Assembly: GCA_965195285.1 (NCBI GenBank)
Contig: CBDAFS010000031.1
Span: 96,001-160,000 of the forward strand
Reading direction: 5' to 3'
Length of the DNA: 64,000 nt
Origin: an uncultured Aminicenantes bacterium
GTDB taxonomy: Bacteria; Acidobacteriota; Aminicenantia; UBA2199
The notes beneath the pieces are model-generated. The model searched no databases. It was not told the DNA's origin and was given only the letters and a program-made list of their open reading frames with translations. This document shows, piece after piece, positions 30,072-40,449 of this stretch. Made by a program: the position numbers and the translations under genes. Every line of letters begins with the position of its first letter. The first letter of the stretch is position 1.

Positions 30072-31394
30072 TTAAATTCCGGAAACCACCACGTCGGTAA
30101 ATACCAGGCTGGGTGTGCGCCAGCTGGAATAGATCCAGGGATCGTTGGCCGCTTCAGACAGTTTCTGCCAGAATTCCAGATGATTGTAAGCAATATTCAT
30201 TTCCACCACGGTTTGAACCGGTAGGCCCTTGTCAAAGAGTTTTCCGATGATGCCTACCGAGGCATCCCCGGTGATGGAGTTGGAATTACCACCGATAAAT
30301 CCGGTAATGAAAATTCCCCGGCCCAGGTCTTTCATGATCTCTGACACCGATCGTTTCCCCGGGGGGATGATAATATTGGAAGGCCGTCCGGCGGTCGGTT
30401 CCCAGCCCAGTTTCCGGCTGTAATACCAATCCAGATAAAATTCCTTTAAAACGCCCTTTTCAACCATGGTTCTTTTCTTGGCGGCAAATCCGTCACCATC
30501 ATACAAACGGCTGCCCAGGCCCCCTTGCATCAGGGGATCATCGATTAGGGTAAACCAATCGCTGCCTATTTTCTGTCCCTTTTTCTCAGCCAGGAATGAA
30601 CGTTTTTGTTGAATGCTTCGTCCGAACAGGGGAGACAAGAATCCATACATGATGCGGGGAACGTTACGGTTTTCAATGATGATGGGCAGGGTTTCGGTTT
30701 TGATTTTTTTGCCTCCCAAAAGGTCAAAGGTGCGTTTGGCTGCCACTTTTCCGATTTCCTCTGCTGGGGGAAGTCCCTTTTGATTGACCGAGGCCACATA
30801 GTTGTACCCATTGGGCCGGCGGTCTCCCTCATCCTGCATGGTTATTTCCGCTCCGGCCCAGTAAATGGTGGCCTGCCTGTATCCTTCGAAGCCGTTACTG
30901 GCCATCATGACCGATTCATAACGGTTGTCATATTCCATGGCCGTTACTGAAATTGTTTTTTCCCCGCCTTTTTTCAGGCAGGCATTTTCAATGGCCTTAG
31001 CCATTTTATGCCGTCCTTCGGCAGTCAGATTCTTATAATCCGGATCATTGATTTCCAGATCCACATTGGCTCTGCCCTGATAATATTTGGGGTCCGGCAA
31101 GATTCTGAAAGGGTCCTCGGCCAGAAGTTTGGTGGCACTAACCGCATTGGTAATAAAGGTTTTCAGCGCATTCATTCTCAAATCGGATGTCCATTGGCGG
31201 GAATAACGCTTGTTGACAAAAATTTCGACCGAGAGTTGCATTTTAGAGGCTTCTTTTATATTTTCCGGCTTCTGATTGCGGTAGCTGATTTCAACAAATC
31301 GTTCACTGTCAATATTAACCCGGCATTCATCTGCTCCGGCTGCCTTGGCTGTTTTTATTGAAAATTCAGACAAATCACACATTTCTTTTTTCAT
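30072..31394 (-). CDS. pmbA: TldE/PmbA family protein
   Basis: KAAGAD, DDP...GLGSRLYDGDG, NSITGDASVG, TPSL; no HExxH. Confidence 0.88.
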   Translation of the reverse strand: MKKEMCDLSEFSIKTAKAAGADECRVNIDSERFVEISYRNQKPENIKEASKMQLSVEIFVNKRYSRQWTSDLRMNALKTFITNAVSATKLLAEDPFRILPDPKYYQGRANVDLEINDPDYKNLTAEGRHKMAKAIENACLKKGGEKTISVTAMEYDNRYESVMMASNGFEGYRQATIYWAGAEITMQDEGDRRPNGYNYVASVNQKGLPPAEEIGKVAAKRTFDLLGGKKIKTETLPIIIENRNVPRIMYGFLSPLFGRSIQQKRSFLAEKKGQKIGSDWFTLIDDPLMQGGLGSRLYDGDGFAAKKRTMVEKGVLKEFYLDWYYSRKLGWEPTAGRPSNIIIPPGKRSVSEIMKDLGRGIFITGFIGGNSNSITGDASVGIIGKLFDKGLPVQTVVEMNIAYNHLEFWQKLSEAANDPWIYSSWRTPSLVFTDVVVSGI

Positions 31395-31409
31395 GGTTAC
31401 CTCCCTGAT

Positions 31410-32945
31410 TTAGGCTTTTCGCCCGCCAACCGTCATTGATTTGACCAGAACCGTAGGCATCCCAAAACCAACCGGAACTCTCTGACCGTCTTTGCCGCAA
31501 TATCCGGTACCGCCTTTGGACATCTCCAGATCGTTGGCCACCATGGTCATATTTTTCAGCATCTTGGGGCCATTTCCCATGATATTCATGTCTTTTATAG
31601 GGGCGGTCAATTTTCCGTTTTCGATCATGAGTCCCTGGGACACATAGAAGGCAAAATCTCCCTCGCCAATTTTAACCTGGCCATTGCTAACGTCTTTTAC
31701 ATAGATTCCCTTTTTAACACTCTTGATAATTTCTTCGGGTGTGGATGGCCCTGCCAGCATATAAGTGTTTCTCATTCGAGGGACTACATAGTGTTCATAG
31801 CTTTGACGGCGGCCGTTTCCGGTGGGTTTCACCTGGTAGTGTCTGGCTGAAATTTTGTCATGCATATAGCTGGTCAAAATTCCATTTTCTACCAGAATGG
31901 TTTTTTGACCCGGTGTTCCTTCATCGTCTACATTCAGTGCACCCAGTAATTTTGGAATGGTCCCATCATCGATAATGGTCACAAAGGGTTCGGCCACTTT
32001 TTTCCCGATCATGGTGGTGTAGGTGGAAATCTTTTTCCGGTTGAAATCGGCTTCCATCCCGTGCCCGATGGCTTCGTGAAGCAGTATGGCCGGTATACCC
32101 GGACCCAGTACCACCGGCATTTCACCAGCCGGTGCCGGGACGGCATCAAAAAGAACCAGGACCCGGTCAACAGCGGTTTTACAGATTTCTTTCACCACGT
32201 CCATGGTGTAATAAGAGAAGTCATGACGTCCGCCTAGATTCCAGCCCGAACGTTCCCGCTTACCGTTCTTTTCCGCGACAACCGAGGCGTAAAGATAATT
32301 TTTCGGAATCAGGTCTTCGGTTTTAACCCCGTCACTGGTGACCACCAGTATGCGTTTTTGACGGTCGTGAAATCCTGCACTGACCTTTATAATATGTGGT
32401 GAGAGGGCAAAACACCTGTCATTGGCTGCCTGGACCAGTGGAAGCTTGGATTCCAGGGGAACCGAAGTCAGGAGTCTTTTCAAGGGATAGTAGTTTTTGG
32501 TCTCCTGCCGTATTAATTTATCGGCCGGTTTTTTTGCGGTTCCGGATGCGATAGTGGCAGCTGTGGCTGCGGCATCCAGCATTGATTTTTCATTGAGTAT
32601 CTGGGTAAATCCATAACCCACCTGATCCCCTTTTACCGTCCGGATACCGACTCCCAGCTGGACCACGCTGTAGGCTTGATTGACTTTTCCGTCTTCAAGA
32701 TTAACCCAGTTTCCGATGGAATGCTCGAAAAATAAATCGGCAAAATCACCCCCTCTGGAAAGGGCTTTGGTAAGTACCCTCTGGCAAAGCAGGTCATTAA
32801 TCCCGAATTCCTTTTCAAAATAACCGGTAGTTTTTACAGCGCCAGGGCCGGCTAAACTCCGGGGGATTAATGGAACTGATGCCATTGCAATTGACGTCAT
32901 GGCAGAGCTCTTCAGAAACGAACGCCTGCTTATTTTTTTCATCAT
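31410..32945 (-). CDS. tldD: TldD family metalloprotease with Tat signal
   Basis: SRRSFLK; GDFADLFFE, LLHEAIGHGMEAD, DDEG, TGNGRRQSY..PRMRNT, CGKDGQRVPV. Confidence 0.92.
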   Translation of the reverse strand: MMKKISRRSFLKSSAMTSIAMASVPLIPRSLAGPGAVKTTGYFEKEFGINDLLCQRVLTKALSRGGDFADLFFEHSIGNWVNLEDGKVNQAYSVVQLGVGIRTVKGDQVGYGFTQILNEKSMLDAAATAATIASGTAKKPADKLIRQETKNYYPLKRLLTSVPLESKLPLVQAANDRCFALSPHIIKVSAGFHDRQKRILVVTSDGVKTEDLIPKNYLYASVVAEKNGKRERSGWNLGGRHDFSYYTMDVVKEICKTAVDRVLVLFDAVPAPAGEMPVVLGPGIPAILLHEAIGHGMEADFNRKKISTYTTMIGKKVAEPFVTIIDDGTIPKLLGALNVDDEGTPGQKTILVENGILTSYMHDKISARHYQVKPTGNGRRQSYEHYVVPRMRNTYMLAGPSTPEEIIKSVKKGIYVKDVSNGQVKIGEGDFAFYVSQGLMIENGKLTAPIKDMNIMGNGPKMLKNMTMVANDLEMSKGGTGYCGKDGQRVPVGFGMPTVLVKSMTVGGRKA

Positions 32946-33146
32946 TACCTCCTTAAAATTCGGATAAAAAACATTTTTCTGTTTTTATGGTAGCAAAATA
33001 ATTTTTAATTTTCAACAGTGATCTTTAGATGATTTATTTTACTAACCAGATTCATTTTTGATGATTTTAATTCGGAATAAAAAATATTTTTCCCTATGAC
33101 ATTATTAAAGGCTTGACCCCTTGTTTCCTGGAAGGTAAGATGGGGT

Positions 33147-34667
33147 ATGAAAAAAAAAATTGGTTTTGATAATGAAAAATATTTGAAAGAACAGACAAAA
33201 GCTATTTTTCAGAGAATGGAAAGGTTCAGTGATAAATTGTATCTGGAATTTGGCGGCAAACTTCTATATGATTACCATGCGGCCCGGGTTTTACCGGGTT
33301 TTGATCCAAATGTTAAGATTAAATTGCTGCAAGAAATAAAAGACCAGACCGATGTGATTCTGTGTATATATGCCGGTGATATCGAAAGAAAAAAGATTCG
33401 GGCAGATTTCGGTATCACCTATGATTCCGATGTTTTAAAACTAATTGATGATCTAAAGGAATGGGGGATTTCATTATCTGCTGTGGTTATTACCCGTTTT
33501 GAAAATCAAATAGCTGCCCAGGTGTTTAAAAATAAGCTGGAGCGCCGGGATATCAAGGTCTTTACCCATAAATATACCAGAGGATATCCCACTGATATTG
33601 ATGTGGTTGTTAGTGATGAAGGATATGGTAATAACCCGTATATTCAAACCGACAAACCCATCGTGGTGGTCGCCGGCCCGGGGCCTGGCAGCGGGAAACT
33701 GGCCACCTGTCTCTCTCAGATGTATCATGACCACAAGAAAGGAATTCAGGCCGGTTATGCAAAGTTTGAAACCTTTCCCATCTGGAATCTTCCCCTCAAG
33801 CATGAGGTAAATGTGGCCTATGAAGCGGCCACGGCAGATATCAAAGATTTTAATTTAATTGATCATTTTCATCTGGATGCCTACAATCAGAAAACAGTGA
33901 ATTACAATCGGGACATTGAGGCATTTCCTTTACTTAAACGAATCATGGAAAAGATTTCCGGAAATGTTTTGCCCTATAAATCCCCTACTGATATGGGAGT
34001 AAATCAGGTTGGATTCGGGATAACCAATCATGAAATCATTAGAGAAGCCTCTACCCAGGAGGTTATCAGACGCTACTTTCGTTATGCTTGTGAATATTCC
34101 ATGGGTTTAGCAGAAAAAGAAACAGTTCAGAGATTGGAATTGTTGATGGAAAATTTAGGGGTCACTGTAGTGGATCGCCAGGTGGTAACCCCTGCACGGA
34201 AGGCTGCGGCTGAAGCTCAGAAAACCGAGGGAAAGGGAAGTAGCGGTATTTTCTGTGGGGCTGCGATTCAGTTCCCTGATGGGAGCATTGTAACCGGGAA
34301 AAATTCTCCTCTGATGCATGCGGCATCCAGCCTTATTTTAAATGCGACAAAAGAACTGGCTGCCATTCCGGATGAAATCCCATTATTACCTCAAAATATT
34401 ATTGAATCTCTGAGTTATTTAAAAAAAGATGTTTTAAATGGAAGCAAAGTGAGTTTGAATCTGGATGAAACCCTGATTGCACTGGGAATTAGTGCCACCA
34501 GTAATCCAGCTGCCCGGGTAGCAGTGGAAAAATTAAAAGAGCTCAGAAATTGTGAGGCTCACATGACCCATATGCCCTCACCCGGAGATGAGGCCGGTCT
34601 GAAAAAATTGGGAATTAATCTCACCAGCGATCCCAACTTTTCCTCAAAAAACCTTTTTATTAATTAA
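33147..34667 (+). CDS. DUF1846 family P-loop protein
   Basis: GFDNEKYL, KLYLEFGGKL..DYHAARVLPG, PGPGSGKLATCLSQ, YAKFETFPIWN. Confidence 0.9.
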   Translation: MKKKIGFDNEKYLKEQTKAIFQRMERFSDKLYLEFGGKLLYDYHAARVLPGFDPNVKIKLLQEIKDQTDVILCIYAGDIERKKIRADFGITYDSDVLKLIDDLKEWGISLSAVVITRFENQIAAQVFKNKLERRDIKVFTHKYTRGYPTDIDVVVSDEGYGNNPYIQTDKPIVVVAGPGPGSGKLATCLSQMYHDHKKGIQAGYAKFETFPIWNLPLKHEVNVAYEAATADIKDFNLIDHFHLDAYNQKTVNYNRDIEAFPLLKRIMEKISGNVLPYKSPTDMGVNQVGFGITNHEIIREASTQEVIRRYFRYACEYSMGLAEKETVQRLELLMENLGVTVVDRQVVTPARKAAAEAQKTEGKGSSGIFCGAAIQFPDGSIVTGKNSPLMHAASSLILNATKELAAIPDEIPLLPQNIIESLSYLKKDVLNGSKVSLNLDETLIALGISATSNPAARVAVEKLKELRNCEAHMTHMPSPGDEAGLKKLGINLTSDPNFSSKNLFIN

Positions 34668-34712
34668 TATTTGATTGTTATTTCTTGTCCAAAAGAAACG
34701 CTTCAATCCGGG

Positions 34713-35132
34713 CTAATTCAGCTGGATGTCCTTTTCCTTTAAAAAATTTCCGAATTGAACATCTATGCCCTTGATGTGTTTGACCAGCCAGTTATTGAGA
34801 AAACTATTGAGGGCATCGGCCAGCTGAAAGGTGGCTCCTTCCTCTTTGAAATCCCGCTCCAGATCATTCAAGGTGTTGACCAATTCCCGGTGGCTGGTCT
34901 GGTGGGCTTCCAAACCCGGGTAGTTATTGGATTGCATGTGGTTTTCTTCGGTTGAAAAATGAAAGTGGGTATAGTCGATCAGAAAATCCAGCGTTTTGAT
35001 GATTTGAGTTAATGCCTGGCCATTGTCAATGGCCAGGGAAACATCATTGGCCCGCTGAAACAGCATTTTATGTTGTTCATCGATCAATGCTATCCTGACT
35101 GCCAGGTCCTGGGTCCATTCAAATGTGGGCAT
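34713..35132 (-). CDS. Bacteriohemerythrin
   Basis: IDEQHK, HFSTEE, HQTSH, WLVKHIKGID iron ligands. Confidence 0.92.
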   Translation of the reverse strand: MPTFEWTQDLAVRIALIDEQHKMLFQRANDVSLAIDNGQALTQIIKTLDFLIDYTHFHFSTEENHMQSNNYPGLEAHQTSHRELVNTLNDLERDFKEEGATFQLADALNSFLNNWLVKHIKGIDVQFGNFLKEKDIQLN

Positions 35133-35167
35133 GTTTTTCCCTCCCTGAAAGGTGGCTTGGTGATGAA

Positions 35168-36463
35168 TTAACTGTCCGGTGTCCAGTTTTCCATTTCATC
35201 AAACACCTCTTTGATTATGTTCGTGCAACGGTCCATATGTTTCTTGGTATGGCTGGATGAGATGGATAAACGCAGGCGTGTGCGTTTCTTGGATACTGCC
35301 GGGAAGGTTACCACGCCCGTATAGAGCCCTTTCTCCATAATTCGTTTGCTGACTTCCCGGAGTCGGATGTCCTCTCCGGTCATGACCGGAATTACATGAG
35401 ACTTGGTATCACCGATGTCCAGGCCCGCCTCATTGAGTTTCTTATGCATATAGTGGATGTTTTCCCAGAGTTTTTCCTTAGGGGATTTATCCTGTCGGTA
35501 GAGATCCATTACCTTCAAAATACCGGCCGCGGTATGAGGGGCCATGGCACAGGAAAATACATAAGACCGGGCAGCCATTTTCAGATACCACATCAATTTC
35601 AGTTTGCCGGCGGCAAAACCACCGATGGCTCCGAAAGCCTTGCTGAAGGTTCCGATGGTGATGTCAATCTCACCCTCAACTCCGAAGTGTTCACCGACAC
35701 CGCCGCCCCTCTCACCGAAAATAAGGGTGGCATGGGCCTCATCCAGGAGAATTTTAGCCCCGTATTTCTTGCAGACCGGGACAATTTCCGGTAAATTAGC
35801 CAGGTCACCATCCATGCTGTATATACCTTCTACGCAGACGATTACCCGTCTTCCCTTCAATGACTGCAGGATCTTTTCCAGGTGTCTGGCACTGTTATGG
35901 GAAAAAACCTTAATCTCAGCGCCGGACAGTAGTACGCCGTCATATATCGAGGCATGGGACAGGATATCCAGTACCGCCACATCCCCGGGTCTCAATATGC
36001 CGGACAAGGCCCCCAGATTGGCGCTGTATCCGGTCGGGAAAACCACTGCCGCTTCCTGACCCTTGAATTGGGCAATGGTTTCTTCCAGTTGATAGGTCAA
36101 ATCATAATATCCGCTGAGTAACGGAGCCGAAACCGCACCGGTGCCGTATTTGGCAACGGCATCCTGTACCGCTTTTTTGACTTCGGGATGAAAGGAATAT
36201 CCCAGATAATTATAGGAACAAAAGTTTAAGAATTTCCGGATTTTATTAGTATATCGGTCGAGCACGTCGAATTCCGGGGTGGGAGCGCTGGAAATGGGTT
36301 GGCCGTAAACCATGTATTTTTTTCTGTCCCAGTCCCGAATATATTCAAAAAAGTATTCAGAGGCCTCAAACATGTCATCGCTCTTGAAATTGACAAAATC
36401 AAAAGTGGTATAATCATTTGAATTGAGATTCTTCAAGTCCATATCTTTTTTGTTTAGTGTCAT
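35168..36463 (-). CDS. PLP-dependent alpha-oxoamine synthase (BioF/Kbl/serine palmitoyltransferase family)
   Basis: NFCSYNYLG, FPTGYSAN, HASIYDG, EGIYSMDGD, DEAH, GTFSKAFG. Confidence 0.9.
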   Translation of the reverse strand: MTLNKKDMDLKNLNSNDYTTFDFVNFKSDDMFEASEYFFEYIRDWDRKKYMVYGQPISSAPTPEFDVLDRYTNKIRKFLNFCSYNYLGYSFHPEVKKAVQDAVAKYGTGAVSAPLLSGYYDLTYQLEETIAQFKGQEAAVVFPTGYSANLGALSGILRPGDVAVLDILSHASIYDGVLLSGAEIKVFSHNSARHLEKILQSLKGRRVIVCVEGIYSMDGDLANLPEIVPVCKKYGAKILLDEAHATLIFGERGGGVGEHFGVEGEIDITIGTFSKAFGAIGGFAAGKLKLMWYLKMAARSYVFSCAMAPHTAAGILKVMDLYRQDKSPKEKLWENIHYMHKKLNEAGLDIGDTKSHVIPVMTGEDIRLREVSKRIMEKGLYTGVVTFPAVSKKRTRLRLSISSSHTKKHMDRCTNIIKEVFDEMENWTPDS

Positions 36464-36628
36464 GGTTTTTACCTCATTTTCAGTTTATTATATTTCCTAA
36501 TCATATTTAAATACCATTATATGATAAAAATTTCAAATATTTTCTCATTAAAAAGTAAAATACTTTGTAATAGATGAACCGGCTAAAATTCTGGTTTCGT
36601 TCGGTAAGAAAAGGTTGAAAGCCAATGA

Positions 36629-37318
36629 TTACAGGTTCATTAAATGGCCCTGGTGTTTTAACCAGTTTCTCTGTTCCCGGTAGTTTGGGATTAATTGTTC
36701 GACCCGGTCCCAGAAAGCTCTGGAATGGTTGTTTTCACGAATATGGACCAATTCATGAACCACGACATAATCAATGACTTTCAGGGGGGCCATGATCAGG
36801 CGCCAGTTCAGGAATAGATTGCCCCTGGTGCTACAGGACCCCCATCTTTTACGGGCATTGGAAATGTTTAGCTGACGGCAGTGGATACCCGAAAGTCGAT
36901 AATAAAGGGATATCCTATCTGTAAATATATCCATGGCCTGTTTCCGGTACCAGACCTTGAATAATTCACGGGCCTCGGACAGAGATTTCGGGGTAATGTG
37001 GAATTTGTTCTCCCGGTAGAGGAACGGAATCTCCTGGCCTTGGGCCAGGATCAGTGGGTATTCATTTCCCAGAAATAGAAATTTTTCACCGGGGATATAT
37101 TTTTTCTGTGGAACCTGGGCCAGCCTCTTTCTGGCTTCCTGTTGTTTGCGTAAAATCCAGATCTTTTTTTCAATCACGATTCGGTTGATTTGCCGGGTTG
37201 ATACCAATAAAGGTGCGCGTACAATCAGGCGGGCATTACCGGAAATCTCCAGTCCTATGCTTCTTCTTCTGGATCTGATTATCTGATCAATCTGAATTTT
37301 CGAGTGGGATGAATCCAT
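36629..37318 (-). CDS. YgjP/SprT-like (DUF45) zinc metalloprotein
   Basis: RSRRRSI, RWGSCS, DYVVVHELVH..NHS..FW. Confidence 0.9.
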   Translation of the reverse strand: MDSSHSKIQIDQIIRSRRRSIGLEISGNARLIVRAPLLVSTRQINRIVIEKKIWILRKQQEARKRLAQVPQKKYIPGEKFLFLGNEYPLILAQGQEIPFLYRENKFHITPKSLSEARELFKVWYRKQAMDIFTDRISLYYRLSGIHCRQLNISNARKRWGSCSTRGNLFLNWRLIMAPLKVIDYVVVHELVHIRENNHSRAFWDRVEQLIPNYREQRNWLKHQGHLMNL

Positions 37319-37374
37319 CTTATTTTTCCATTATATATTTTATCCTAAAATTTTGATTTTTCAATCCTAAAAAT

Positions 37375-38145
37375 TTATTGATACTGCTTCCAGATGGCAT
37401 CCAGGGCAGCGGCTGCGCCCTGATTGATTTTGATATCCACCAGATCGGATATCTCGGTCCTGCCGGGATTAATTTCAATGGTCGGACGGCCCTGATGCCG
37501 GGCCAGCATAACCGGTTGCATGATATAGGGGAATACACTGGTGGTTCCAATGGAAAAGGTCAGGTCAAAACCCATCTCCAGCTGGCTTGATAACATTGCC
37601 AGGCTGGGAGCGGGAAGTATCTCACCGAAGAATACCACATCCGGCCTTATCAGGGCCTGGCATTCGGGGCAAAGAGGGGGTATGGACAGGCCGTCAAAAT
37701 CTTTCACCCGCTGCTTCCAGTTACAATTCGAACAGATCAGTTGATGGATATCACCGTGAATATTGATCACATTCCGGGAACCGGCGTCCTGGTGGAAGCC
37801 ATCCACATTCTGGGTCAGGACCCACACCCGCTCAAAACAGGTTTCCATTTTGGCAATTATTTCATGCCCGCGGTTGAAGTGGGCTCCCCGGCATTTTTTT
37901 TCAATCTGGGATATGTATTTCCAGGTCAATTCGGGCCGGGTCCGAAGGGTGCAGACAGACAAAGCTGTCTCAATTGACATTCCATCCTCGGTAGTCTGGC
38001 TGTCATAGAGTCCCCCGATTCCCCGGTAGGTGGGTAGTCCGGAATCCGCTGAAATACCGGCGCCGGTAATGAAAAGGATGCTGCGACAACTTTTCAAGAG
38101 GCTGGCAGCCTGGCTGATTTTTTCCGGTTCACTCATCTCAGACAT
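37375..38145 (-). CDS. cobB: NAD-dependent protein deacylase (sirtuin, CobB-like)
   Basis: GAGISADSGLPTYR, TQNVDGFH, HG, CSNC/CPEC, RPDVVFFGE, IGTT; start probably 38145 or 38136. Confidence 0.88.
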   Translation of the reverse strand: MSEMSEPEKISQAASLLKSCRSILFITGAGISADSGLPTYRGIGGLYDSQTTEDGMSIETALSVCTLRTRPELTWKYISQIEKKCRGAHFNRGHEIIAKMETCFERVWVLTQNVDGFHQDAGSRNVINIHGDIHQLICSNCNWKQRVKDFDGLSIPPLCPECQALIRPDVVFFGEILPAPSLAMLSSQLEMGFDLTFSIGTTSVFPYIMQPVMLARHQGRPTIEINPGRTEISDLVDIKINQGAAAALDAIWKQYQ

Positions 38146-38501
38146 GTCATTGTTAGGTGATATCCGGTCTATTTTATCCCCTGCTGATAAAAATAGCAAG
38201 GCCTGGTTTCTGGTGAGCCCGCCCACTACTTTTTTAAAAATGTGACCAAAGTCACATTGAAAAAAACCCTGTCTTATAATATTTATATTTATGTGATTCG
38301 GCTGAAATTCAGATGTCGAATATAAAAAAAGAAAATGAAAAAAATTATCATTTACTTCCTTTTGTTTTTATTCTTGCTGTTCTTTGCCTGGTGAATGCGA
38401 TCGGGGAAACGGATTAAAACAGCATTTTTGTTTGCCGGATTGTTTTCTGGTTTCCCATCAATTTTTCCGATATTATCTTTTTGCTAAAAGTCAGGCTTCA
38501 A

Positions 38502-39032
38502 TTATTTTTTTTTTACCGGGATTTCAATGCGGGTCAACAACTCCTCCGGTTTTGTCTGCATGGGGCTATTGAGGTAAAATTCATAGGTGGGCAGGGCCAT
38601 TTCATACTGGTTGGCCTGGATGTAGGCTGCCAGTTTTTTATAGACTGTTGGAAGTAAATCGTAACTTCCCTTGTGGATAAACTCCAGCACGGTTTTCTTT
38701 TCATAAGTGGCCATTTGCAACGGTGATTTTACCTGGATGTCAGTAGAGACCGGGAATCCGATATCCCACTTCAACTCGCTCTCCTCCACCATCTCCGGTG
38801 AATTGTGATAAACGGAAATCAGAGCTCCGGCGGGTTGCAGTCCCTGTTTGAAGAATTCTCCCATAAATGCCATTATGTTCTGGGACATGGTTTTAAAGGA
38901 ACCGCTGAAAGACATATAAGCATAGGAAAAAGCCGGTTTTTCCTTGACCTGAATCGGGGTTTCGCCCGAGGTAAATGAAAAAGTGGCCAGTATCGTCAGA
39001 CTCAAAAATACAAAAAATGTAATTTTCTTCAT
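38502..39032 (-). CDS. Secreted GyrI-like small-molecule-binding protein
   Basis: Signal peptide; HKGSYDLL..VY, YEFYLNSP..TKPEELLTRIEIPV; promoter TTGACG-N17-TATAAT at 39093-39065. Confidence 0.85.
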   Translation of the reverse strand: MKKITFFVFLSLTILATFSFTSGETPIQVKEKPAFSYAYMSFSGSFKTMSQNIMAFMGEFFKQGLQPAGALISVYHNSPEMVEESELKWDIGFPVSTDIQVKSPLQMATYEKKTVLEFIHKGSYDLLPTVYKKLAAYIQANQYEMALPTYEFYLNSPMQTKPEELLTRIEIPVKKK

Positions 39033-39135
39033 TTTTTCCTCCTGTTCGCTGATTGTTCGCCTTTATTATATTCGCTGAAATCCAAAACGTCAAGTGAAAA
39101 ATATTTTTTCTATTATTTTATGGTAATATTTTTGT

Positions 39136-40263
39136 ATGAAAAAAACAGAAAAGTTTATCTGGCGGCACTTTTTTTGCAGGCCTCTGATTTTTTTAATGAT
39201 TTCTGTCCTGGTTATTTCATGTTCTACTGAAAACAGCATGGAGATTGACATTACCCCCCTGCAATTGAATGATGGATGGAAAATATCCACACCGGAAGCA
39301 CAGGGAATGAGTTCGAGTGAATTAATAGAGGCTTTTGATAAAGCATCAGACATGTCCTTCTTATACAGCATAATTATTGTCAGGAATGGGTTTTTAGTGG
39401 CAGAGAAGTATTATAACGGTGCAGGTGTTGATCAGGCTAAATATGTGGCTTCTGTTACCAAAAGTTATCTTTCAGCTCTTATTGGCATTGCCCTGGATAA
39501 AGGCTTTATTCAAAGTCTGGATCAGAAAATGATGTCCTTTTTTCCCGAATATGATTCAATAGATATTGAATCGGCAAAATATGAAATCACTCTCAGACAA
39601 TTGCTACAAATGCAAGCAGGATACTGGCATGACAGTGAAACCAGCCGATGGCTGGCATGGGTGAATAGCCCGGATTGGATTGCATATATGATCAATCTGC
39701 TTTTGGAAAATTCCCCGGGCACTCAATGGAATTACTCAACCGGTTCTTCTCATATTTTATCGGCAATATTAACAAAGACCTCCGGAATGAGTGGTGAAGA
39801 TTTTGCCAGACAATATCTTTTTGAACCGCTGGATACGGAACTTGTCCATTGGGGTGAAGATCCGCAGGGCTACAATTACGGTGGTTTTGATATGCATATT
39901 ACCCCGCGAGATATGGCGCGTTTTGGATTGCTTTATCTTGGCAAGGGACAATACCAGGGTCAGCAAATTGTGCCGGAAGACTGGATACGGAAATCAACTT
40001 CAGCCTATAGTGACGTATCCTGGTTTTTCGGGGTTATCCAAAATCCACAGTACGGTTATCACTGGTGGATCGGAAGTATGGAGGGTCATAACATTTTTTT
40101 CGCCCAGGGGCATGGCGGTCAGAATATTATTGTGTTCCCGGGACTTGAGATGGTTGTGGTCACTACCACAAATCCTGATCTCGGCTTTGAAGACAGCTGG
40201 CTACAATCCATTTCCACATTCCATTTCATTGCCAAGGATATTCTTGTTGCTGTGAAAGAATAG
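39136..40263 (+). CDS. Serine hydrolase/class C beta-lactamase family lipoprotein
   Basis: Lipobox-like VISC, SVTK, WNYS, HITPRDMARFG, AQGHGGQ. Confidence 0.9.
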   Translation: MKKTEKFIWRHFFCRPLIFLMISVLVISCSTENSMEIDITPLQLNDGWKISTPEAQGMSSSELIEAFDKASDMSFLYSIIIVRNGFLVAEKYYNGAGVDQAKYVASVTKSYLSALIGIALDKGFIQSLDQKMMSFFPEYDSIDIESAKYEITLRQLLQMQAGYWHDSETSRWLAWVNSPDWIAYMINLLLENSPGTQWNYSTGSSHILSAILTKTSGMSGEDFARQYLFEPLDTELVHWGEDPQGYNYGGFDMHITPRDMARFGLLYLGKGQYQGQQIVPEDWIRKSTSAYSDVSWFFGVIQNPQYGYHWWIGSMEGHNIFFAQGHGGQNIIVFPGLEMVVVTTTNPDLGFEDSWLQSISTFHFIAKDILVAVKE

Positions 40264-40449
40264 TTATTTTCATTTATTATACACTTTGTCCTTTCCCTCT
40301 TAATTTTGAATTAATTGTTTTTTATTCGGGAAAAATATCCCGGCTGGGTTTTTTTATCCTCCAGGAACTGGGAAAAGGTCAACATCTATTGGTAAGCAGG
40401 GAAAAATAACATTATTTCAGATCGGGAAAATATTTTATATTTCTTTTTA

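Noticed and set aside
36629-38145. Sirtuin plus YgjP-like protein as a SIR2 defence module
   Set aside because: The sirtuin is a classical Zn-binding CobB-type deacylase, not a Thoeris/DSR-type SIR2, and no restriction genes accompany the YgjP-like gene
39136-40263. Antibiotic-resistance beta-lactamase
   Set aside because: SxxK serine hydrolase of the broad esterase/6-aminohexanoate-dimer hydrolase-like group; nothing in the sequence supports beta-lactam specificity
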